From positions 1 through 52,885 of IMG/VR virus record IMGVR_UViG_3300016461_000001: a DNA stretch of 52,885 nucleotides. One strand, given 5' to 3'. The stretch comes from a virus. Of the stretch, positions 1 to 8,382 are shown piece after piece; within the stretch, counting starts at the first letter, position 1, and each line of letters opens with the position of its first letter. The notes beneath the pieces are model-generated. The model worked only from the letters and a program-made list of their open reading frames with translations, searched no databases and was not told the origin of the DNA. Made by a program: the position numbers and the translations under genes.

Positions 1-123
1 CGTAAACGCCTTGGCCCGGCGCGGCTGGAAGGCGCAGAAGCTCGGCGGCATCGGCGACCTCGCACACGGACATCTCCTCGGTCCGTTGAAAGCCGGCGCC
101 GAGACCATCGAGACGGCCGAAGC
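1..123. repeat. Terminal overlap copy A, identical to 52763-52885 (contig closes into a circle)
   Basis: Read directly: cgtaaacgccttggcccggcgcggctgg...gagacggccgaagc is at both window ends, 123/123 identical. It lies inside a coding frame that continues across the junction. Confidence 0.95.
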
Positions 124-1822
124 CGGCACCCGGCTCTCGGTGATGAAGACCGTCTTCGAGCAGAAGAAGCGGCAGGGACTGTCGGACTACGACGCGATGA
201 TCGAGGCGGCGGCCCAGGCGACCGACGTGCTCGACTTCGGCCGGCACGGGTCCGGGACGCTCTACCTTCGCACGCTGGTCCCCTTCCTCAACGCGCACCT
301 GCAGGCGCTCGACCTCGCCCGCCGGACGCTGATCGATCCCCTCTGGCGCTCGGCCCGGGACGGCATCGTGACAGAGCAGGATGCCGCCGCGCTGAAGAAT
401 GCTGGCATCGGCTGGTTCAAGCTGGCCGGCGTCGGCGGCGCGCGCGGCACCATGTACGGCCTCTGGGCATCGCAGAGCGAGGCCTACCGGGACGCGAACG
501 AGGAGCTGCGCGCCACGCACCTGATCCTGCCCGGCGATGCGTTCGGCCGGCCGGGCAAGATCCTGGTCGTGCCGAAGCCGTTCGAACTGGCGATGGGCTT
601 CAATCTGGGCGAGGCGGTCGGCCTCAAGATCGCGACCGGCGACCCTCGCGCGGCCTCGTTCGCCATGGACGGCGTGCGCGAGGTGATCCAGCCGCCGAAC
701 CCGCTGACGGGCATCCCGCTCGTGAAGACGGCCGCGGAGCTGACGCTGAACCGATCCTTCTTCACCGGCCGCGACATCGTCCCGGAGAACCTCCAGAACA
801 AGGAGAATCCGCGCTTCGAGGTGAAACCCAACACCTCCTCGGCGGCGAAGGCGATCGGGAACGCCCTCAACATCTCGCCGATCAAGGTCGACTACGCCGT
901 CGGCTCCATGTTCGGGAACTGGGGCCGGGACCTGATGTCGGTCTCGAACCAGGCCGACCCGAACCAGCCCGCCGCGGCGAACGAGGACACCATGTTCCTC
1001 CGGCGCTTCATCAAGGGCGCGGACCGGTCGAGCGAGACCACGAAGCTGTTCTGGGAGCAGGCGGCCCAGCGCAACGGCGCCTTCGCCCAGGCCGCGGCGC
1101 ACTATGGCGACCTCCTCAAGAGCTACCAGGACCGCGACGCCTCGGACTACCTCGCGGCCCTGCCGGCGGCGCAGAAGGCCTACGTCATGCTCACGCAGGG
1201 CGGCGATGAGGACACCGGCAAGGCCTCGTTCAACGCGGACGACAAGCGCCTGCACCCGATCACTCGGGCCGCCAACGCCGTGCAGGTGGTCGGCGGCCTG
1301 ATCAAGGAGCTGACGAACAACAGCCAGAAGACCTTCGAGGACGGCGAGCGGATCGGGATGGACCCGCAGAAGCGCCGGGACGTGATCGACGCGCTGCGCG
1401 TCCTGCAGGCGATCGAGCAGCGCAACGCCCTCGTGCTCACGGAGCAGAAGGGCTACGAGGGCCGGCCCATGCTCTCGGCCGAGGATCAGTTCGCGGTCCT
1501 GAAGGCGCAGAGCCCCGTCGCGGCGGCGGAGCTCGCGACCCGCTACGCCACGAACAAGATCCTGCCGACCGACACCGTGGCGAAGCTCTGGCCCGAGGCG
1601 CAGCGCCGGCTCCTCGCCGACGGCACGCAGGCCGAGATCCGCGACCTCGCGCTCGACGCCAAGGTCGACGGCTGGGCCTTCGACGGCGACGCGGTCCGCA
1701 AGCCGCAGCGCCGCCGCGTCAGCATCGACCCGAGCGCCCCGCCGCCGCCGCGCGGGGAGCGCCGCGTTCCGCCCGCGCTGTCGGTCCCGAACACGACCCC
1801 GGTCCCGAACCCCTTCAACTGA
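1..1822 (+). CDS. C-terminal part of the giant (~2179 aa) virion-internal/ejection protein; continuation of the ORF open to 52885
   Basis: The frame is open from base 2. Track ORF 11..1822 starts ...ARRGWKAQKLGG, the same peptide encoded at 52770-52885. Stop TGA at 1820-1822. Confidence 0.8.
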   Translation, partial: VNALARRGWKAQKLGGIGDLAHGHLLGPLKAGAETIETAEAGTRLSVMKTVFEQKKRQGLSDYDAMIEAAAQATDVLDFGRHGSGTLYLRTLVPFLNAHLQALDLARRTLIDPLWRSARDGIVTEQDAAALKNAGIGWFKLAGVGGARGTMYGLWASQSEAYRDANEELRATHLILPGDAFGRPGKILVVPKPFELAMGFNLGEAVGLKIATGDPRAASFAMDGVREVIQPPNPLTGIPLVKTAAELTLNRSFFTGRDIVPENLQNKENPRFEVKPNTSSAAKAIGNALNISPIKVDYAVGSMFGNWGRDLMSVSNQADPNQPAAANEDTMFLRRFIKGADRSSETTKLFWEQAAQRNGAFAQAAAHYGDLLKSYQDRDASDYLAALPAAQKAYVMLTQGGDEDTGKASFNADDKRLHPITRAANAVQVVGGLIKELTNNSQKTFEDGERIGMDPQKRRDVIDALRVLQAIEQRNALVLTEQKGYEGRPMLSAEDQFAVLKAQSPVAAAELATRYATNKILPTDTVAKLWPEAQRRLLADGTQAEIRDLALDAKVDGWAFDGDAVRKPQRRRVSIDPSAPPPPRGERRVPPALSVPNTTPVPNPFN

Positions 1823-1830
1823 GGCTCCCC

Positions 1831-1998
1831 ATGATGCCCCTCGTCTACGCCGCGGCTCTGCTGGCGGCTCTCTCGACGTGCGCGCAGGCCGCCACCCGCC
1901 CGCGCCACCATCACCCCCGCGCCGTGTCCGTCCCCGTCTTCATCGAGGGCGTGGGCACGGTGTGGATCTCCGCCCGCCCGGCCCGCGCCCGGCGCTGA
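1831..1998 (+). CDS. Small (55 aa) signal-peptide/lipoprotein-like protein, first gene of the lysis cluster
   Basis: Hand-translated ORF below the track cutoff: MMPLVYAAALLAALSTCAQAATRPRHHHPR... It has a hydrophobic N-terminus with LSTC/AQA and its ATG lies 8 nt after the giant ORF stop. Confidence 0.4.
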   Translation: MMPLVYAAALLAALSTCAQAATRPRHHHPRAVSVPVFIEGVGTVWISARPARARR

Positions 1999-2026
1999 CG
2001 TTCCCCCTGACCATAGCGAGGACGAC

Positions 2027-2929
2027 ATGACCGCTGCCCTGGACCGGGCGACGTTCTACGCGGCTGTGCGCAAGGCCCCCTTCGGCGGGGGGCTCTCGCA
2101 GTCGCAGGTGGACGGCATGAACGCGATGTTCGACATGGCGCCGCCGATGATGGCGACCATGGATCTCGGCTACTGCTTCGCCACCGCCCACCATGAAACC
2201 GGCGGCGCGATGGTGCCGCGGGTCGAGAACCTGACGTACACGACCGCCTCGCGGATCAAGGCCGTCTGGCCGTCGCGCTTCCCGACCGAGGCCGCGGCGG
2301 TGCCCTACGTGCGCAACCCGCAGGCGCTCGCCAACAAGGTCTATGGTGGCCGGCTCGGTAACACGCAGCCGAACGACGGCTGGGACTTCCGCGGTATGGG
2401 CCTCGTCCAGGCCACCGGCCGCGACAACGCGCGCCGCGGGACCATCCGGCTCTGGGCGCTCGGCTACCTCACCGCCGATCAGGACCTCGAGGTGACCCCG
2501 ACGCTGATGCTCAACCCGGACATCGCGGCAGCCATGCTGTTCGTCGGCCTGTCCGAGGGCTGGTATACGGGCAAGAAGCTCGCGCAGTTCTTCGGCACCG
2601 GCTTGGAGAACCCCACCGGCGCCCGGGCGATCGTCAACCCGGACAGCAACGGCGCGTCGATCGCCGTCACCTACCGCGCCTTCGCGAACGCCCTGCGCGC
2701 CGCCGGCCACAAGCCGGGCGCCGTCGCGGCAACGATCCCGATTCCGCCGGTCGAGACCGCACCGCTGAAACCGCCCCCCGTCGCGGCACAGCCCATCGCA
2801 GCGCCGACCCAGCCCGCCCCCTCCGGCGGGCTTTCTTCTGCCCCCACCCCGGCGCCGCTCGGCCCGGTCGTGCAGACCGGCGGCTTCTGGTCCGCCCTGA
2901 AATCCCTCTTCACCGGAAAGGCAGCTTGA
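2027..2929 (+). CDS. Endolysin, glycoside hydrolase family 19-like, with Pro/Ala-rich linker and amphipathic C-terminal tail
   Basis: Motifs AHHETGG..VENL...KVYGGRLGNTQPNDGWDFRGMGLVQATGRDN are typical of phage GH19 lysozymes. The C-terminus is GGFWSALKSLFTGKAA. Confidence 0.85.
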   Translation: MTAALDRATFYAAVRKAPFGGGLSQSQVDGMNAMFDMAPPMMATMDLGYCFATAHHETGGAMVPRVENLTYTTASRIKAVWPSRFPTEAAAVPYVRNPQALANKVYGGRLGNTQPNDGWDFRGMGLVQATGRDNARRGTIRLWALGYLTADQDLEVTPTLMLNPDIAAAMLFVGLSEGWYTGKKLAQFFGTGLENPTGARAIVNPDSNGASIAVTYRAFANALRAAGHKPGAVAATIPIPPVETAPLKPPPVAAQPIAAPTQPAPSGGLSSAPTPAPLGPVVQTGGFWSALKSLFTGKAA

Positions 2930-2931
2930 TC

Positions 2932-3516
2932 ATGAACTGGCAGAGCATCGCGGGTCAGCTCGCGCAGATCGGGCTTCCGGCCCTCGGTACCCTGTTCGGC
3001 GGTCCGCTTGGCGGCACCATCGGCGGCCTGGTCGGCAAAGGCGTGGCCGCGGCGCTGGGCGTCGAGCCGCCCCCGCAGGCCGTGTCTACCGCCATCTCTG
3101 CCGACCCGAACGCGGCCGCCGTGAAGCTGGCGCAGATCGAGGCCGAGACCAAGGCGAACGAAGCGCAGCTCGCCGACATCGCCAACGCCCGCGGCACCAC
3201 CGTGCAGCTCGCGACCGTCGGCTCGAACATCGCCTGGGGCGCCCCGGTGGTGTCCTGCATCATCTGCGTGGGGTTCTTCGCCGTCCTGACGATGCTCTTC
3301 TTCGTGCGGGTCGAGATGCCGTCGAGCGTGTTCCAGCTCCTGAGCGTCATCCTCGGCGTCCTCGCCAGCCTCATGACCCAGGTCGGGAACTACTGGCTCG
3401 GCTCCTCCGAAGGTTCGCGCCGCAACGCCGACACGATCCGGGACGTGGCCCGCAGCGCCGTCTCGCCGCCGCCCGGCGTCGTGGCGGCCACCGTCGCTCA
3501 GGCCATCAAGCGCTAG
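2932..3516 (+). CDS. Holin, GTA-type 3-TM holin-like
   Basis: Gly-rich N-terminus MNWQSIAGQLAQIGLPALGTLFGGPLGGTIGGLVGKG plus C-terminal TM segments. It lies directly after the endolysin. A TTG at 2926 overlapping the endolysin stop is an alternative start. Confidence 0.65.
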   Translation: MNWQSIAGQLAQIGLPALGTLFGGPLGGTIGGLVGKGVAAALGVEPPPQAVSTAISADPNAAAVKLAQIEAETKANEAQLADIANARGTTVQLATVGSNIAWGAPVVSCIICVGFFAVLTMLFFVRVEMPSSVFQLLSVILGVLASLMTQVGNYWLGSSEGSRRNADTIRDVARSAVSPPPGVVAATVAQAIKR

Positions 3517-3557
3517 GGCGCGTCCGTGAGCACCATCTCGATATTGCGTGAGAAGCG

Positions 3558-4031
3558 ATGGCTCCCGATGAACGACGGTACACCGCCGAGGAATGGCGGG
3601 AGATCCAGAACGAGTATCGGGAGCAGCCCCGGCGCGCGATGCGGTCCATGTTCCCGGATCCCGTCGAGGAATGCGAGCTAGGTCCGTTCGTGCCGGAACC
3701 GGCCTATGCGCACGCCCGGGGCCGGGGAGAGCCGGCGCCCCGGCACCACGCGCACGTTGAATCGTGGTTCTCGACGCTCAGCGTCGAGGACATCGCCAAG
3801 CTTGAGGTCCTGATCGCCCTCCGGCCGGAGACCGTGAAGTGGGTCGCCGAGAAGAACAGCCGCGAGCTTGAGCGCCTCGACGGGGCGGTCGAGTTCATCT
3901 CGTCCTCGCGTACCGCGGCGAAGGTCCTGATGTGGGTCTGCGGCGTCGCCGTGACCTTCGTCACCGGCTCAATCGCGCTGGCGAAGGCGGGCTACGACGC
4001 TTTCGCGCTCTTCCGGGGGATCGGCAAATGA
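3558..4031 (+). CDS. Hypothetical protein with C-terminal transmembrane anchor (lysis-cluster accessory)
   Basis: 157-aa track ORF. Hydrophobic C-terminus VLMWVCGVAVTFVTGSIALA. Its stop overlaps the next start (aaATGAtg). Confidence 0.55.
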   Translation: MAPDERRYTAEEWREIQNEYREQPRRAMRSMFPDPVEECELGPFVPEPAYAHARGRGEPAPRHHAHVESWFSTLSVEDIAKLEVLIALRPETVKWVAEKNSRELERLDGAVEFISSSRTAAKVLMWVCGVAVTFVTGSIALAKAGYDAFALFRGIGK

Positions 4032-4498
4032 TGGTGCGCGTTCTCGGCCTCACGTGCTTGAGCTTGATCAGCGCCTCGATCCTGTCCGCCGCCGGCTGCA
4101 TGGCGTGGTTCGCGGCGGACAGGGCCGTCCCGGTCGAGGTGCTGTCCTCGGAGGTCCTGACGCCTCGGGTTCGCCCGGGCGATAAGCTCGTGATTCGACA
4201 GCGCCTGCGGTACATCCGGAACTGCTCCGCGCACATCGACCGGGTGCTCTACGACAGCCACACCCATCGCGAGTTCCTGCGCGACGTGGATTACGAGTAC
4301 CCGCCACTGGGTCTCGGCACGCGCACCATCACCTTCGAGGAGGAGGTGCCGGCCAATTTCGGCCCCGGGCCGGGGGAGTACCGCGCGCTCCCCGCCTACC
4401 ACTGTAACCCGCTGCAGAAGTACTACTGGCCGATCACGCGGCCGGAGACGGTGCTCCGCTTCGACATCGCCGACGACACCCGGCAGGCCTCGCCATGA
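4028..4498 (+). CDS. Membrane-anchored/lipoprotein-like protein (156 aa)
   Basis: Internal start of track ORF 3932..4498: MMVRVLGLTCLSLISASILSAAGC..., a signal-like segment ending in Cys. Coupled to the upstream stop. Confidence 0.5.
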   Translation: MMVRVLGLTCLSLISASILSAAGCMAWFAADRAVPVEVLSSEVLTPRVRPGDKLVIRQRLRYIRNCSAHIDRVLYDSHTHREFLRDVDYEYPPLGLGTRTITFEEEVPANFGPGPGEYRALPAYHCNPLQKYYWPITRPETVLRFDIADDTRQASP

Positions 4499-4605
4499 CC
4501 TGCGCGCCCGTCGAGCAGGATCTCGGCATCGTCTATGCCCTGATCGCCCTCATGGTCGGCCTGATCGTCGGGAACGCCACGAAGAGGTGCCCGCCGAGCG
4601 AATGA
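4495..4605 (+). CDS. 36-aa single-TM mini-protein
   Basis: Hand-translated: MTCAPVEQDLGIVYALIALMVGLIVGNATKRCPPSE. ATGA overlap with the upstream stop. Below the ORF-track cutoff. Confidence 0.4.
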   Translation: MTCAPVEQDLGIVYALIALMVGLIVGNATKRCPPSE

Positions 4606-4632
4606 CCGCCACTCCAGTGCCCGACCTATAGA

Positions 4633-4664
4633 GCCCCGCCGGCATCCGCCGCGCGGGGCTTTTT
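4633..4664 (+). terminator. Rho-independent terminator closing the lysis/late transcription unit
   Basis: GCCCCGC (4633-4639) pairs with GCGGGGC (4653-4659), followed by TTTTT (4660-4664). Confidence 0.7.
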
Positions 4665-4675
4665 CATTCCTGCGC

Positions 4676-4849
4676 TCAGACCGTCACGGCCTCGGCCGAC
4701 AGATCGGCGCGCGCCGCTTCGGGCAGTTCTTCGAAGCCGTGGTAGCCGGCCGCCTGGGCGGCGACTTCCAGCGCACGATCCGCGCTCTCGGCCTGTCCAA
4801 TCCAGAGCACCGCGCGGCTGCTGTTCTGCCTCACCTGAAAAATCGTCAT
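4676..4849 (-). CDS. Hypothetical small protein (57 aa)
   Basis: MTIFQVRQNSSRAVLWIGQAESADRALEVAAQAAGYHGFEELPEAARADLSAEAVTV. GGGAGGAACTG precedes the ATG at 4849. The track gives a longer 81-aa version. Confidence 0.5.
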   Translation of the reverse strand: MTIFQVRQNSSRAVLWIGQAESADRALEVAAQAAGYHGFEELPEAARADLSAEAVTV

Positions 4850-5066
4850 CAGTTCCTCCCGTGTCGCCGATCGTTCGCCGACTGACAAAGCCAAGATCGC
4901 CCGCGGCAGTTCCGCTTGCAATGGGGCGCTCGATCATCAAGCCGCATATTGGCCCTCACAGTGCGCCAGCAGGTCACATTTCCGTGCATTTTCAACCGCC
5001 GGTGCTATAGACGCCTCGCATGTTCGCGCGCTGGTCGATGCGGCGCGCTCGCGGAGGACCCTAGGC

Positions 5067-5822
5067 ATGGATCGTGCGGCGCAGTTGTTGGAAGGCATCG
5101 ACGTCGACGCCCTGGTCGGGCTCGAGGTCGGGCCGCTCGATAAGGCGCTGGTCAAGCGGACCGAGGGGCGACAGATCTTCTACGCGGACTACGCGGACAG
5201 GGCCGCGCTACGGGCGGCCTCGGAAACCGACCCGAACGTCAACATCGACGCGATCCCCGAGATCGATTACGTGATCGCGCCGCTGCCGGAGAGGCTGCCG
5301 CGGCAGTTCGATTACGTCATCGCGTCACACGTCGGCGAACACGTCCCGGATCTGCTGGGCTGGTTGAAGACCCTGTTCGGATGGCTCAAGCCCGGCGGCG
5401 TCGTGATCCTGGCGCTCCCGGACAAGCGCTACACCTTCGACTGCCTGCGCGAGCACAGCACCATAGGGGAGCTGCTCGAGGCGCACGTCGAGAAGCGGGA
5501 GCGGCCGTCCTTCGCCTCGATCTATGACGGGTTCAGCAAGGCGACGCGGAACGACGTGTGCGCCCTCTGGGAAGGCGCGGATCCCGCAAAGTTCGAATAC
5601 CAGTTCCCTCGCGACGTCTCGTTCAGGATGGCGCGCGACGCGCACATCAATGGGACATATCGGGACTGTCACTGCTGGGTGTTCACAGCTCACGGGTTCC
5701 GCGCGCTGCTGGATGAAGCCCGAGATCTCGGCGTGATCGATTTCGATTGGGTCCGAGCGACCGATCCAGAGACCTACACGGTCGAGTTCTATGTCACGAT
5801 AAGACCGCGCGCCGCTCACTGA
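5067..5822 (+). CDS. Class I SAM-dependent methyltransferase (moron)
   Basis: VIASHVGEHVPDLLGWLKTLFGWLKPGGVVILALPDKRYTFD resembles Methyltransf_11/23-type proteins. RBS GGAGGA lies 8 nt upstream. Confidence 0.7.
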   Translation: MDRAAQLLEGIDVDALVGLEVGPLDKALVKRTEGRQIFYADYADRAALRAASETDPNVNIDAIPEIDYVIAPLPERLPRQFDYVIASHVGEHVPDLLGWLKTLFGWLKPGGVVILALPDKRYTFDCLREHSTIGELLEAHVEKRERPSFASIYDGFSKATRNDVCALWEGADPAKFEYQFPRDVSFRMARDAHINGTYRDCHCWVFTAHGFRALLDEARDLGVIDFDWVRATDPETYTVEFYVTIRPRAAH

Positions 5823-6027
5823 TCAAGGCCGCGAGAGTTCTGAAGGCAACCTTGGTGCCAACTTCAACGGCGAGCACCTTTTCGGTCAGATACTTAGCGC
5901 GGGCTTGATCGCCTTCGGCAAGCGCCGTCCTGATGTCCCTCACGACGCCGGCGATGAAGTTGGTATCGGGCATCAAGGCGGCTCCGCTGTAGTCTATGCC
6001 AAGCGCCGCAGCGCTTGACCGAGCCAT
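5794..6027 (-). CDS. Hypothetical helical protein (77 aa); second gene of the wHTH module that the IS disrupted
   Basis: Track ORF. Its ATG at 6027 sits 3 nt after the reconstructed stop (6031-6033) of the IS-split upstream gene. It overlaps the methyltransferase 3' end convergently by 29 nt. Confidence 0.35.
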   Translation of the reverse strand: MARSSAAALGIDYSGAALMPDTNFIAGVVRDIRTALAEGDQARAKYLTEKVLAVEVGTKVAFRTLAALISERRAVLS

Positions 6028-6030
6028 AGC

Positions 6031-6123
6031 TCACCGGCAGGAGAGACGGCTAGTGGGCTTGCTCGCGTCGATCTCAGCGAGGTGCTGTCGCCCCGCAGCA
6101 GTGATGAACCACGCTGAAATTTT
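6031..6123 (-). pseudogene. Detached 3' fragment of a small winged-helix gene split by the IS insertion
   Basis: Removing 6124-8745 joins 8746-8910 in frame to 6123-6031, giving ...GRKISAWFITAAGRQHLAEIDASKPTSRLSCR*. Confidence 0.5.
6116..6123. repeat. Target-site duplication GAAATTTT (left copy)
   Basis: The 8-mer is identical to 8738-8745 and lies immediately outside both IS termini. Confidence 0.85.
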
Positions 6124-6134
6124 GGTTATCCGGA

Positions 6135-7517
6135 TTATCGCGTGGAGTCGGCGAAGCCATCAAGCCAGCCCTTGGTGTGGAATGTGTTGCACCGATTGCA
6201 GAGATCAATCTGCGCAATCGGTGTGTACTGGCGTCCCCCAGCAGGGCCGTAGAAGCCTCGCCCCCATCCGATAAGGTGCAACGGGTCCATCTCTGCGACG
6301 GGGAACTGCCCCAGGCATTCCTCGCATACTGCCAGTCGGAGCTTGCCGCGGGTCGGCAGCGTCAGCGCGCGAGCCCGGATCGCGTCGAAACGGTAGCCGC
6401 GCCCGGCTCGGTTGACGATCTTGATCAGCCCGTTGGCGGCCTCGGTGTAGGCGTTGGTGTAGGGGTGATCGAAGTACGCGAAGACCTGCTCCCGCCATGC
6501 GTCGATCGTCTTGGCGACGCCCTTGAACTCATCCACCTCGCTCGGGATGCTCGTCTTCCAGCGGTCAAACATGGTCTCGGCTTCGTGCCGAGACCGCCGC
6601 TGTTCACCGCCCCAGATGTCGTAGAACGCTTCCTTCGTGTGCCAAGCCGCCGACAGCAGATCGTTGTTCTTGAGCATGCCGTCGAGGACGAACGCGCGCT
6701 GCGGGCTGAGGGTCTTGCCATGCGCGTGCAGCAGGCGGCGAGCCCGCCACGGGTTGCGCCGATCCTTGCCTTTGGCGCCCCGCCGCTGCCGATTGCGGAT
6801 CACATCGAGTGCAGCGTTCGCTTTGCTCTGAACGTGCCATCGGTCGGAGATGATAACGGCATCCGGCAGAAGGGCTTGCACCGCCTCGCGGTACGGCCCC
6901 CACATGTCGATAGTGACGATCTTGATGCGACGGCGGTTCGTCAGGATGCTGAGCCAGCGGTCAACCGCTGGCCGGTTCATGCTGTCGATCAAGTCGAGGA
7001 TGCGCCGCTCGCCGACATCCGTGAAGATGGTTCGCTTGCGGCCGAGAAGGTGCAGTTCGTCGATGCCGAGCGCAACCGGTGCCGTAGGCTTGTGCCGGGC
7101 CAACAGGCTCTCAATCTCCTCGTTGCAGATGTCCCGGATGGTCTTCTCGTCCAGACCGATCTCACGGGCGAGGTGGGCGTAGGGCCGGATCAGACCCTGC
7201 TCGCGGATGTGATCGGCGCATCGCCGCGTCATCCGCCGCTGCGGGTCCATGTCGGGCAAGGGCTGCATGAACGTCGCGCTACAGTCTCGGCAGCGGTAGC
7301 GCTGGACATCGACCGCGACGATGGTCCGGAGTCCGTGTACAGGAGCATCCACGTAATCGATGGCCCGTGTCCCATGTCGATAGGGCTGCCGGGTGGAACC
7401 GCACTTCGGACAGTGGGTGGGCTCGACATCGTAGCGGGCCACCAGCCGGTAGCCCTCTTGCGACCGTTCCACCTTCTCCACGGTCCAGTCGTCCAGATAG
7501 AGTGCGTTGACGGCCAT
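6135..7517 (-). CDS. ISL3 family transposase
   Basis: N-terminal zinc finger CPKCGS..CRDC. DDE landmarks LGIDELHL, VTIDMWGPY, YTNAYTEAANGLIKIVNR. The stop codon lies inside the terminal repeat. Confidence 0.9.
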   Translation of the reverse strand: MAVNALYLDDWTVEKVERSQEGYRLVARYDVEPTHCPKCGSTRQPYRHGTRAIDYVDAPVHGLRTIVAVDVQRYRCRDCSATFMQPLPDMDPQRRMTRRCADHIREQGLIRPYAHLAREIGLDEKTIRDICNEEIESLLARHKPTAPVALGIDELHLLGRKRTIFTDVGERRILDLIDSMNRPAVDRWLSILTNRRRIKIVTIDMWGPYREAVQALLPDAVIISDRWHVQSKANAALDVIRNRQRRGAKGKDRRNPWRARRLLHAHGKTLSPQRAFVLDGMLKNNDLLSAAWHTKEAFYDIWGGEQRRSRHEAETMFDRWKTSIPSEVDEFKGVAKTIDAWREQVFAYFDHPYTNAYTEAANGLIKIVNRAGRGYRFDAIRARALTLPTRGKLRLAVCEECLGQFPVAEMDPLHLIGWGRGFYGPAGGRQYTPIAQIDLCNRCNTFHTKGWLDGFADSTR

Positions 7518-7546
7518 GCTTCCTCGCTGGCCGGGCTATGTCAGAA

Positions 7547-7566
7547 CCGGATTACGATGTGGAGTC
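7547..7566. repeat. Internal direct copy of the left-end motif (CCGGATTAcgatgTGGAGTC), upstream of the transposase start
   Basis: 16/20 identical to 6130-6149 in the same orientation, about 30 nt upstream of the tnp ATG. Confidence 0.5.
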
Positions 7567-7648
7567 CGGCCACCCCATCTGTTAGTGCCCCGCCGGATGT
7601 GGCGGTTCGTTGATCCAATGGGCCACCTTGTTCGCGCATGCTGGCCTG

Positions 7649-8068
7649 CTATATTAAAGCTGTCCCCGCCGAAGGATGCGTCCGAGGCACCCCATCGGCT
7701 TCGGCCGGTGGGACCTCGCTCCCTTCAGGTTTCTCCTCGGCACAAGCGAGCAACCTAATTGCATTCAGAGCTTCCGCATCTGTCATATCGCCACGATTGA
7801 CAATGTACTGGCTATGGATCTCGTGAAGCACGCCGCGCAGACGTTCGTTATCGTCTTCTGCGTCACGCCATAGAGCGTCTGTAATATTGCACAGACCTAT
7901 AGCATCAATTGCAATTCGGATCGCACAAACGCCGTCCGTTAGCCAGTTTGCTGCATCTGTATCGCCCTCTTCGATGCGGTTTGCGAGGGCGCCTTGAAGG
8001 TGAAGGCTAAGATTTCTCAGCTTTTGAATGATGGGATCGCCCGTCTTCTCGGTCGCATGAAAGCTCAT
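7649..8068 (-). CDS. IS passenger ORF P3, hypothetical helical protein (139 aa)
   Basis: Track ORF. Its ATG is 1 nt after the P2 stop (TGAgATG). Low-G+C codon usage unlike the phage backbone. Confidence 0.6.
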   Translation of the reverse strand: MSFHATEKTGDPIIQKLRNLSLHLQGALANRIEEGDTDAANWLTDGVCAIRIAIDAIGLCNITDALWRDAEDDNERLRGVLHEIHSQYIVNRGDMTDAEALNAIRLLACAEEKPEGSEVPPAEADGVPRTHPSAGTALI

Positions 8069-8069
8069 C

Positions 8070-8291
8070 TCAGTGCTCCATGTTCAGAGCACCTGAGGTG
8101 CTCAGGAGAGACAGAGGCGTCAGGATGCTGCCGCCCTCAGCATTGAACCACTCCTCGTAGCCGTCCGGCTCGCAGTCAGCGCACCGCTCCTCAACGAGGG
8201 CGACGGCCTTCGGCAGATCGGGGTTGTCCAGCTTGTCGATGGTTCGCTCCGACATGCAGGCCGGGCAGCGTTGGACGATGAACCGCATCAT
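8070..8291 (-). CDS. IS passenger ORF P2, small zinc-ribbon protein (73 aa)
   Basis: MMRFIVQRCPACMSERTI...EERCADCEPDGYEEW has two CxxC pairs. GGAGG lies 10 nt upstream of the ATG at 8291. Confidence 0.6.
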   Translation of the reverse strand: MMRFIVQRCPACMSERTIDKLDNPDLPKAVALVEERCADCEPDGYEEWFNAEGGSILTPLSLLSTSGALNMEH

Positions 8292-8316
8292 GGGCGTTTC
8301 GCCTCCGGTCAGGATC

Positions 8317-8382
8317 CACACCTAAATCCGGATTGACGATAGCACGCCCGGTGCTAGTTTCAACACTCAAATCCGGATAGCC
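8317..8382. repeat. 66-bp IS-end-like module R1 (two ATCCGGAT palindromes bracketing promoter-like hexamers)
   Basis: 58/66 identical to 8672-8737. On the minus strand it reads TTGAAA-N16-TATCGT. The central palindrome is TAGCAC-gcccg-GTGCTA. Confidence 0.8.

Noticed and set aside
1-123. True packaging terminal repeat (T7-style DTR), or att sites of an integrated prophage
   Set aside because: The repeat is internal to a continuous coding frame, and no host-like DNA flanks it. An assembly overlap of a circular or permuted genome is simpler. A headful or DTR mechanism cannot be decided from sequence alone.
7547-7566. This motif as the real upstream terminus of a minimal 1.44-kb IS
   Set aside because: It is in direct, not inverted, orientation relative to the left end. 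No target duplication flanks a 6124-7566 unit, whereas the 6124-8737 unit has a perfect 8-bp duplication.
6177-7613. 478-aa plus-strand ORF across the IS
   Set aside because: It lies antisense to the clearly recognisable ISL3 transposase and has no motifs.
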